A stretch of DNA of 14,504 bases from Candidatus Fraserbacteria bacterium (GTDB taxonomy: Bacteria > Bipolaricaulota > Bipolaricaulia > RBG-16-55-9 > JANLFV01). The notes below the pieces were generated by a model. It was not told where the DNA came from, did not search any database, and was given only the letters and a program-made list of their open reading frames with translations. The DNA lies in NCBI GenBank assembly GCA_037446135.1, contig JBBIJD010000043.1, positions 1 through 14,504 of the forward strand, given 5' to 3'. Position numbers and translations under genes: made by a program. This document shows, one piece after another, positions 1-7,811 of the stretch (position 1 is the first letter of the stretch; every line of letters begins with the position of its first letter).

Positions 1-42
1 GCCGCAAAGGATTTGAGGGCAGTTCGGGCGGCATGGCGGGGG

Positions 43-71
43 TTCAAATTCGCCCGGCTTTGGCCTATAAT
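43..71 (+). promoter_or_regulatory. Putative sigma70-type promoter (TTCAAA-17 bp-TATAAT) with no convincing downstream CDS
   Basis: TTCAAA at 43-48, perfect TATAAT at 66-71, exact 17-bp spacer. It points into the 85-141 hairpin and antisense to the alr 3' end. Confidence 0.45.
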
Positions 72-84
72 TGCCCTAGGTAAT

Positions 85-141
85 GCGGGCGGCCACCCCC
101 ACAGCTAGACCCGGTCATCTAGGGTGGCGGGTGGCCGCTGC
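85..141. terminator. Long GC-rich stem-loop downstream of alr (terminator or small structured RNA)
   Basis: GCGGCCACCC (89-98) pairs with GGGTGGCCGC (129-138), CCAC (99-102) with GTGG (124-127), and CTAGA (105-109) with TCTAG (118-122); 8-nt loop. It begins a few nt after the alr TGA. No clear U-tract on either strand. Confidence 0.55.
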
Positions 142-144
142 TCT

Positions 145-1323
145 TCATCCCAAATAGGTCCTTGCGACTCTCTTGCCGATGTGGGTCAAGATGACCTCGA
201 CGCAGGGCGCGCCGCTCCGCTCGGCCAGTTCCGTGGCTGGGAGGTGCGGACCGAAGAGCTCGACCTCCTCCCCCACGGCCACGCCCCGGAGATGGCTGAC
301 ATCGATGGTCGTCTGGTCCATCGAGATCCGCCCGATGATCGGGGCCCTCTCCCCACGGATCACCACCTCTCCGCAATTGGAGAGCCGGACATCGAGGCCA
401 TCGGCATACCCGACGGGGATAACCGCGATCTTTGAGGGCCTTTCGGTCTGGAAGCTCCGACCATAGCCGATGTAGGTCCCCCGCGGGACGGCCCGGACGG
501 CCACGATCCAGGTGCGCAAAGACATCACCGGCCTGATGGCTTCGGTCCAGTCGGCCTCGACCTCGGGATAGCCGTAGAGCAGGATCCCTGGCCGGACCAT
601 GTTCAGGTAGCCGCTCGTCACCTCCTCGAAGTAGCCGATGAGCCCCGCGGAGTTGGAGATATGCCGCTGAGGGGGGAGGAGCCCGGCCCGGTCGAGCTTA
701 GCTAAGACCTCATCGAACCGGGCGATCTGCGCAAGAGTATAAGCCCGATCCTCTGGCCTTGAGCTGGTTGCGACGCTGAGGTGGCTGAAGATCCCCTCGA
801 CCCGGAGGTGCTTGAACTGCCTCAAGCTCCGGAAGAACGAGAGGGCCTCCTCTGCCCTGAGCCCGATCCTTCCTAAGCCGGTATCGACCTTCACCTGGAC
901 CTTCGGACAGGTCCCGCGCCTCTTGGCCTCGCACTCCAGGGCCCGGGCGAGGTCGAGGCTAGCGATTGTGACTGCGATATCCAATTCGCCTAGCTCCGCA
1001 AGGAGCGGGAGGTGATGGAGATGGGGCAGGCCGAGGATCAGGATCGGGAGCTCCACCCCGGCCTGGCGCAACTGGAGGGCCTCCTGGAGATTGGCGACCC
1101 CCAGGGCCTCGATCCCAGCGGCCCCGGCTCTGCGGGCGATGGGAACCGCGCCGTGGCCGTAGGCATCGGCCTTGACCACAAAGAGGAGTCGCACTCTCCG
1201 GCCGGCGAGCCTCTCCTTGATGATCGCGATATTCCGTTCCAGGGCCGTGAGGTCCACTCGGGCCTCGGCCATCGTCAGGGTCCTGGCCCCTGTCGTCAGC
1301 TCAAGCTCGCGGAGCTCAATCAT
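145..1323 (-). CDS. alr: Alanine racemase family PLP-dependent amino-acid racemase
   Basis: VVKADAYGHG PLP-lysine motif, KVDTGLGRIG, GIFSH, SNSAG, MVRPGILLYG, IGYG (catalytic Tyr), GYADG and GRISMDQ. The start could instead be the later Met (MAEARVDL). Confidence 0.93.
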   Translation of the reverse strand: MIELRELELTTGARTLTMAEARVDLTALERNIAIIKERLAGRRVRLLFVVKADAYGHGAVPIARRAGAAGIEALGVANLQEALQLRQAGVELPILILGLPHLHHLPLLAELGELDIAVTIASLDLARALECEAKRRGTCPKVQVKVDTGLGRIGLRAEEALSFFRSLRQFKHLRVEGIFSHLSVATSSRPEDRAYTLAQIARFDEVLAKLDRAGLLPPQRHISNSAGLIGYFEEVTSGYLNMVRPGILLYGYPEVEADWTEAIRPVMSLRTWIVAVRAVPRGTYIGYGRSFQTERPSKIAVIPVGYADGLDVRLSNCGEVVIRGERAPIIGRISMDQTTIDVSHLRGVAVGEEVELFGPHLPATELAERSGAPCVEVILTHIGKRVARTYLG

Positions 1324-1347
1324 GACGAGTTATGGTAGGGCCTCTGA

Positions 1348-2361
<1,014 letters not shown>

Positions 2362-2363
2362 AG

Positions 2364-2828
2364 ATGAGGGAAGAATTAAAGGTCTCGAAGATCGCCGCGG
2401 GGACGGTGATCGATCACATCCGGGCCGGGCGGGCCCCGCTCGTCCTCAAGATCCTGGGGATCGCGGCCGGCTTCACAGATTCGGTGATCGTGGCGATGAA
2501 TGTCCGCTCCACCCGCTACGGGAAGAAGGATATCGTCAAGGTTGAGGGCCAATTCCTCGATGAGGAGAAGATCAACAAGATCGCGCTCATCTCTCCCCAA
2601 GCGACGATCAATATCATCAGGGACTATAAGGTGGTGAAGAAGGACCGGGTCGAGCTCCCCGAGCGGCTGGTAGGGATCGTCAAGTGCCCGAATCGGAACT
2701 GCATTACCAATAGCCCGGAGGGGGTCGAGACGGTCTTCCATACCGAGCGGCCGGCCGGGACGGGGCCGCGCCTCCGCTGCCACTACTGCGAGGAATTGGT
2801 CCAGTTGACGGAGGTGGAGCTCCTCTAG
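2364..2828 (+). CDS. pyrI: Aspartate carbamoyltransferase regulatory subunit
   Basis: GTVIDHI, KKDIVKVEG, ALISPQATINII and Zn-binding CPNRNC...CHYCE. Directly follows pyrB. ATG 2364 follows GGGGTGA (alternative start GTG 2358). Confidence 0.96.
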   Translation: MREELKVSKIAAGTVIDHIRAGRAPLVLKILGIAAGFTDSVIVAMNVRSTRYGKKDIVKVEGQFLDEEKINKIALISPQATINIIRDYKVVKKDRVELPERLVGIVKCPNRNCITNSPEGVETVFHTERPAGTGPRLRCHYCEELVQLTEVELL

Positions 2829-2831
2829 GGG

Positions 2832-3410
2832 ATGCGCGCCTTCTTCTGCATCGAGCTCGATGAGCCCATCAAGGACGGCCTGAACGGGCTGATCCAGGCC
2901 CTGAAGCGCGAGCCGGCCTTGCGAGCGGCCCGAGTGAGCTGGGTCAAGCGGGAGAACCTCCATGTGACCCTGAAATTCCTAGGGGAAGTCGCACCAGACC
3001 AGGTCGAGGAGCTGCACTTGGCTGCAGAGGCGGCTTGGGAGGGGTTCAAGCCATTCTCCCTGGAATTGAACTTGCTCGGGGCCTTCCCCAATCCCCAAAG
3101 GCCGAGGGTGATCTGGGTGGGGAGCTCCGCGCCGCCTCAAGAGATCATCCGGCTCTATGAGCGATTAGAGGAGGAGCTCGAGCCGCTCGGCTTCCCCCCG
3201 GAGGGGAAGCCCTACACCCCACATGTGACGCTCGGGCGAGTGAAGGGCGGGACGAGGATGGGGAGCGGGCTCGCTGGGGTGAAGCTCACGCCATTCCGGT
3301 TCGTCGCGGAGGCCCGCGGCCTGACTTTGATGGAGAGCCAGCTCGACCCTGCTGGGGCGATCTATAGGCCGCTCTTCAGGCTAGAAGAGGGAGGCGCACC
3401 TCCTTTTTAA
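2832..3410 (+). CDS. thpR: RNA 2',3'-cyclic phosphodiesterase (2H phosphoesterase, LigT/ThpR)
   Basis: N-terminal MRAFFCIEL, two HxT motifs (NLHVTLKFLGEV and YTPHVTLGR), GAFP..RPRVIWVG, LMESQL..GAIY. Confidence 0.93.
   Translation: MRAFFCIELDEPIKDGLNGLIQALKREPALRAARVSWVKRENLHVTLKFLGEVAPDQVEELHLAAEAAWEGFKPFSLELNLLGAFPNPQRPRVIWVGSSAPPQEIIRLYERLEEELEPLGFPPEGKPYTPHVTLGRVKGGTRMGSGLAGVKLTPFRFVAEARGLTLMESQLDPAGAIYRPLFRLEEGGAPPF
3385..3408. terminator. Intrinsic-terminator-like hairpin within the last codons of thpR
   Basis: AAGAG-GGAGG-CGCA-CCTCC-TTTTT: 5-bp GC stem extendable to 10 bp with A-U/G-U pairs, T5 tail on +, CTCTTCT tail on -. Confidence 0.5.
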
Positions 3411-3412
3411 CC

Positions 3413-3850
3413 ATGCCCTTCGAGATCCTCGAACACGAGGCCGATGCCGGAGTCCGCGGGATCGGGAGGACACTCGAGGAGGCCTTCTCCGAGGGAGCAA
3501 GGGGGATGTTCTCCCTGATGGTCGAGCTCGAGCGCGTCTCGCCAAAGGAGAGGGTCGAGCTCGAGTGCCGGGCCGACTCTTTGGAGACCTTGTTTGTGGC
3601 CTGGCTCGGGGAGTTGCTCCTAAAGCGGGACCTCACTGGGCTGGTCTTCTCCAAGTTCGCGGTCCGGATCTCCCGTGAAGGCGAGGGATATCGCCTCCAC
3701 GGGGAGGCCTGGGGCGAGCCGCTCGATCCCCAGCGTCACGGCGCGAAGGTCGAGGTCAAGGCCGCGACCTACGCCGGGCTCAAGCTCGAGCGGCGCGCCC
3801 CAAGCGGGCCTGGTGAGGAATACCTTATCCAGTGCGTCGTCGACCTTTAG
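3413..3850 (+). CDS. Archease (RtcB activator)
   Basis: N-terminal FEILEHEAD, G.TLEEAF, WLGELL, GEPLD, EVKAATY and C-terminal VDL; 145 aa; immediately upstream of rtcB. Confidence 0.93.
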   Translation: MPFEILEHEADAGVRGIGRTLEEAFSEGARGMFSLMVELERVSPKERVELECRADSLETLFVAWLGELLLKRDLTGLVFSKFAVRISREGEGYRLHGEAWGEPLDPQRHGAKVEVKAATYAGLKLERRAPSGPGEEYLIQCVVDL

Positions 3851-3892
3851 GGAGTTGCACTCCGGCCCCAGAATTGGTTAAATGATAGCGCT

Positions 3893-5353
3893 ATGGTTAA
3901 TCTTGAGTTGAAGAGGATTAGCGATTATGTCTGGGAGCTGCCCAAGCAGGGCGAGATGCGCGTCCCCGGGAGGATCTACGGGGACCAGAGGATCATCGAC
4001 CATCTCCTGAAGGAGAGCGGCGCGGCCAAGGAGTGGAATGCCCTCCTCCAGGTCTATAATGTCGCCACCCTCCCCGGGATCGTCAAGGCCTCGCTCGCGA
4101 TGCCCGACATCCATCCCGGCTACGGCTTCCCCATCGGCGGGGTCGCGGCCTTCGACCCCAAGGATGGCGGTGTGGTCGCAATGGGCGGGATCGGGTTCGA
4201 CATCAACTGTGGTGTCAGGACATTGCGCACCCCACTAAAAAGACATGACATAGAAGCAAAGAAGGAGGAGCTGGCCGACCGGCTCTTCCGAGATATTCCG
4301 GCCGGGCTCGGCTCGACTGGCGAACTGAAGCTCTCAATGAAGGAGATCGATCAGGTCCTCATGCAGGGCGCGGAGTTCGCGATCGCCCGCGGCTATGGCT
4401 TCCCTGAGGACCTGGAATACACGGAAGAGCGGGGACGGATCGCCGGCTGTGACCCGGGGACGGTGAGCCCCCAGGCCAAGGAACGCCAGTTCAAGCAGGT
4501 CGGGACCCTCGGCTCGGGGAATCACTACCTCGAGGTCCAATATGTCGAGGAGATCTATGACGAGGTTGCAGCCAAAGCCTATGGCCTGGAGAAGGACCAG
4601 GTCCTCGTGGCCATCCACTGTGGCTCGCGGGCCTTAGGCCACCAGATCGGCCAGGACTACCTCCAGGAGCTCGAGCGGGCGAGCAAGAAATACGGGATCC
4701 CGATCCGGGAGCGGGAGCTGGTCTGCGCCCCGATCGAGAGCCCCGAGGGGGAACGCTACATCTCCGCGGTGAACTGCGGGATCAACTGTGCTTTTGCCAA
4801 CCGCCAGGCCTTGGCCCATCTCGTGCGGAAGACCCTTGCCGCGACCTTCGGTCTGCGGCTGGAAGAGATCAAGATGCTCTACGATGTCGGGCACAACACC
4901 GCCAAGTTCGAGGTCCACGAGGTCGACGGCCAGCGGAAGCGGCTCCTAGTCCATCGGAAGGGCTCGACGCGGGCCTTCGGCCCTGGAAGGGAGGAGAACC
5001 CTCAAAGATACAGGGATGTCGGCCACCCGATCTTCATCGGCGGGACGATGGGGACCTACAGTTACATCATGCGCGGGACGGAGAAGGGCCTGAGGGAGGC
5101 CTTCGGGAGCGGGATCCACGGCGCGGGGCGGGAGATGTCAAGAGAGAAGGCGAAGAAGCAGTTCCGCGGAGAGCAGCTCCGGGAGGAGCTGAAGAAGCAG
5201 GGGATCACCGTCCGTGGCCACTCGATGGCCGGGCTGGCTGAGGAGGCCCCCGGAGCCTATAAAGACATCGAGATCGTCGCCGCAGCAGCCCACAACTCCG
5301 GGATCAACCAGAGGGTCGCCAGACTGCGGCCAATGGTAGTGGTCAAAGGCTAG
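3893..5353 (+). CDS. rtcB: RtcB RNA ligase (3'-phosphate/2',3'-cyclic phosphate to 5'-OH), long archaeal/eukaryotic-like form, no intein
   Basis: MPDIHPGYGFPIGGV, GFDINCGVR, GTLGSGNHYLEVQ, HCGSR, YDVGHN, HRKG, HGAGR, EEAPGAYK and C-terminal VKG. Confidence 0.97.
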   Translation: MVNLELKRISDYVWELPKQGEMRVPGRIYGDQRIIDHLLKESGAAKEWNALLQVYNVATLPGIVKASLAMPDIHPGYGFPIGGVAAFDPKDGGVVAMGGIGFDINCGVRTLRTPLKRHDIEAKKEELADRLFRDIPAGLGSTGELKLSMKEIDQVLMQGAEFAIARGYGFPEDLEYTEERGRIAGCDPGTVSPQAKERQFKQVGTLGSGNHYLEVQYVEEIYDEVAAKAYGLEKDQVLVAIHCGSRALGHQIGQDYLQELERASKKYGIPIRERELVCAPIESPEGERYISAVNCGINCAFANRQALAHLVRKTLAATFGLRLEEIKMLYDVGHNTAKFEVHEVDGQRKRLLVHRKGSTRAFGPGREENPQRYRDVGHPIFIGGTMGTYSYIMRGTEKGLREAFGSGIHGAGREMSREKAKKQFRGEQLREELKKQGITVRGHSMAGLAEEAPGAYKDIEIVAAAAHNSGINQRVARLRPMVVVKG

Positions 5354-6482
5354 GCCGGCCTTCGGCCCCGACCTTCACTCGCGGGTCGAGGATCGCGTAG
5401 ACGATATCCAAGAGGAAGACCGTGATCGCCAGGAGGTAAGCGTAGAGGACGACCGAGGCCACGATCACCGGGGTATCGAAGGCCCCGATCGCCTCGTAGA
5501 GGAGCCTTCCTAACCCCGGCCAGACGAAGACCGTCTCCGTGACGATCCCGCCGGTCCAGATGCCGATGAGCATCAGCGCGAAGCTGGTGATGATCGTGGG
5601 GAGGGTCGGCCTCAAGATATAACGTCGCTCGATCGCCCCTGAGGGGAGCCCCTTGGCCTTGGCCATCTCCACATAATCCTCGCTGGAGAAGATCAAGAAG
5701 AAGGTCCGCCAACTGTAGATAGCCACGAAGATCTCCTCAATGAGGAGGGCTGCGATCGGGAGGATCAGGTGCTTGCAGACGCTCAGGGTATACCCGAGGG
5801 TAGTCCGCGGCGGCGGGGCATCGACGATACCCCCGTAGGGAAGGACGCGGAGGACCGAGGCGAAGACCAGGATGAGGAGGATCCCATAGAACCAGGGCGG
5901 GGGAGCGGAGGTCGGGGCGAGGGCGATCACCAGCTTGTCGAGGAAGCTCCCATAGCGGCGGGAGAGGTAGAGGGCAAAGAAGACGGAGATGAAGAAGAGC
6001 AGTAACTCCCCGGTGCCCCAGAGCAAGAGGGTGGCCGGGAGGCGCTCGAGCAGGATCAGCCGGACCTGCCGCGAGCCGCTGTCGCTCGTCAGGTGCTCGG
6101 ACCGGCCTAGGCTGAGCGAGAGGGCAGCGGTGAGGTATTTGAAGCTCCGGAGGATAAAGGGCTTATCCAGCCCTAACCGCTTGATCTCCAGTTCCACCTG
6201 CTCTTCCACATACTTCTTGATCTCGCTCGCCGGGCGCCCCTGCAATGCCGGATTGGCCAGGACCGAGGCCCCCACCTGCTCCCTGATCTCGCCGATCTTG
6301 ATCTGATCCACATAGCCGCCCATGTTGGCGATGAGGATCGTCAGATAAACTCCAATGACAGCGGCGAGGAAGAGGGCGGTCCCCCGAGTGAGGATATACT
6401 TTACTAAGCGGTTGAGCGCCTCGAGGGCCGCACTCCGCCGGCTCAGCCACTTCTCTCTAGAGGCTACGGTCGCTTCAGCCAT
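5343..6482 (-). CDS. Peptide/nickel ABC transporter permease (OppB/DppB-like), second paralogue B2
   Basis: LGLDKP, LERLPATLLL, EAA loop EDYVEMAKAKGL, TETVFVWPGLGRL, LLDIVYAILDPRV. Paralogue of 10107-11255. Overlaps the rtcB 3' end by 11 bp. Confidence 0.93.
   Translation of the reverse strand: MAEATVASREKWLSRRSAALEALNRLVKYILTRGTALFLAAVIGVYLTILIANMGGYVDQIKIGEIREQVGASVLANPALQGRPASEIKKYVEEQVELEIKRLGLDKPFILRSFKYLTAALSLSLGRSEHLTSDSGSRQVRLILLERLPATLLLWGTGELLLFFISVFFALYLSRRYGSFLDKLVIALAPTSAPPPWFYGILLILVFASVLRVLPYGGIVDAPPPRTTLGYTLSVCKHLILPIAALLIEEIFVAIYSWRTFFLIFSSEDYVEMAKAKGLPSGAIERRYILRPTLPTIITSFALMLIGIWTGGIVTETVFVWPGLGRLLYEAIGAFDTPVIVASVVLYAYLLAITVFLLDIVYAILDPRVKVGAEGRPSL
6031..6378. repeat. 348-bp identical direct repeat, copy in permease B2
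   Basis: Base-by-base identical (by eye) to 10795-11142; offset 4764 bp. Confidence 0.9.
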
Positions 6483-6552
6483 CTCTCAACTCCAATTGCC
6501 CGCTCATCGCTTGAAGGGCTGATCATACAGGAGGGGCTTCCCTGGGCCCAGC

Positions 6553-6759
6553 TCAGCCCCGGCCCACCCCCCCGCGGATGTATTGGACGACCCCGGAGAA
6601 GCCGATGATCAGGCCGGTAAGCGAAGCGATGAAGGCCAGGAAGTTCAAGAGGAAGGTCGACTCGAGGAGCCTGATGACCATCAGCAAGGGCAGGAGGACC
6701 CCAACGAGGAGGAGGGCAAAGCCGAGAAACATCAGCCACAATGGGCTTCTCCCCTTCAT
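6553..6759 (-). CDS. Small two-TM membrane protein (68 aa) within the ABC operon
   Basis: Two long hydrophobic stretches with basic termini. Starts 8 nt after the ATPase stop in the same orientation and fills the gap between operon genes. Confidence 0.75.
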   Translation of the reverse strand: MKGRSPLWLMFLGFALLLVGVLLPLLMVIRLLESTFLLNFLAFIASLTGLIIGFSGVVQYIRGGVGRG

Positions 6760-6767
6760 CTCTGTGA

Positions 6768-7811
6768 TCAGGACCGCGAAGTGACGGATTGCTCTGAGCG
6801 CTCCCGCTGGGCCGGCTGTGAAGAGCGTCTCTCATAGAGCCAGCATTCCACGAAGTGGCCCGGCACTGGCTCGAACTCCGGCGGCTCCTCCAGGTCGCAT
6901 CTTCCCTTGATGATATGGGGACAGCGGGGATGGAACCGACAGCCCGGTGGGGGCTTAAGCAAGCTCGGCGGCTCCCCCGGCGGGATCTCCTTGAAGGTCG
7001 TGGCATTTCGCGGGTCGGGATCGGGGATCGCCGTCAAGAGCGCCTGAGTGTAGGGATGGAGAGGGTTGTGGAGCAGCTCGCGCACCCCGGCCTTCTCCAC
7101 GATCTTCGCGGCATACATCACGAAGATCCGCTCAGAGAAGAACCGGACGGTCGAGAGGTCATGGGTGATGTAGATGACCACGAGGTTATGGACGCTCTGG
7201 AGGTTCCGCAACAGCTTGAGGATCTCGACCCGGACCGAGGCATCGAGCATCGAGACCGGCTCATCAGCGACGAGGAGCTTCGGCTGGAGGATCATCGCCC
7301 GGGCGATCACCAGCCGCTGCTGCTGCCCCCCGGAGAGCATGTGCGGGAACTTATAGAGGAAGTCCTCGACCGGGGTGAGCTTCACCTCTTCCAGGACATC
7401 GCGGATCCGCCGCTCCTGCTCCTCTTTCGTCCCGATCTCATTGACCAGGAGCGGCTCCCGCAGGATCCGCTGGACATTCATGAAGGGCGGCAAGGCCCCG
7501 TAGGGGTCCTGCTGGACATAGCCGACCTGGGAGTGATACCAAGGACCGATGTGGTCCAGGCTCTTCCCGTCGAAGATCACCTCCCCGCGCGTCGGCCGAT
7601 AGAGGCCGAGGATCGTCCGCGCTAGGGTGCTCTTCCCGCAGCCGCTCTCGCCCACCACGGCCACGGCCTCCCCCTGGCGGAGGTCGAAGCTCACCCCATC
7701 GACTGCCCGGACGAACCCCACTCGGGCGAAGCCCCACTTCCGCAGCTCGAACCAGGTATGAAGATCTCTCACTGAGAGCAGGACTTTATCTTCCATCTCT
7801 AGGCTAGGCAT
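6768..7811 (-). CDS. Oligopeptide ABC transporter ATP-binding subunit (OppF/DppF-like)
   Basis: Walker A GESGCGKST, LSGGQQQR, Walker B LLVADEP, ITHD, HPYT, and C-terminal CRFHPRC..C..C. Alternative start at 7796. Confidence 0.95.
   Translation of the reverse strand: MPSLEMEDKVLLSVRDLHTWFELRKWGFARVGFVRAVDGVSFDLRQGEAVAVVGESGCGKSTLARTILGLYRPTRGEVIFDGKSLDHIGPWYHSQVGYVQQDPYGALPPFMNVQRILREPLLVNEIGTKEEQERRIRDVLEEVKLTPVEDFLYKFPHMLSGGQQQRLVIARAMILQPKLLVADEPVSMLDASVRVEILKLLRNLQSVHNLVVIYITHDLSTVRFFSERIFVMYAAKIVEKAGVRELLHNPLHPYTQALLTAIPDPDPRNATTFKEIPPGEPPSLLKPPPGCRFHPRCPHIIKGRCDLEEPPEFEPVPGHFVECWLYERRSSQPAQRERSEQSVTSRS

Noticed and set aside
34..65. tRNA T-arm-like GGGGGTTCAAATTCGCC (tRNA, tmRNA or Y-RNA fragment)
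   Set aside because: The T-stem has a G-G mismatch and lacks C61, there is no acceptor stem or CCA, and TTCAAA is explained as a -35 box. Sequence left of the window would be needed to exclude it fully.
85..147. SECIS-like hairpin after the alr TGA
   Set aside because: The racemase is already complete at this TGA, and read-through meets another TGA ten codons later.
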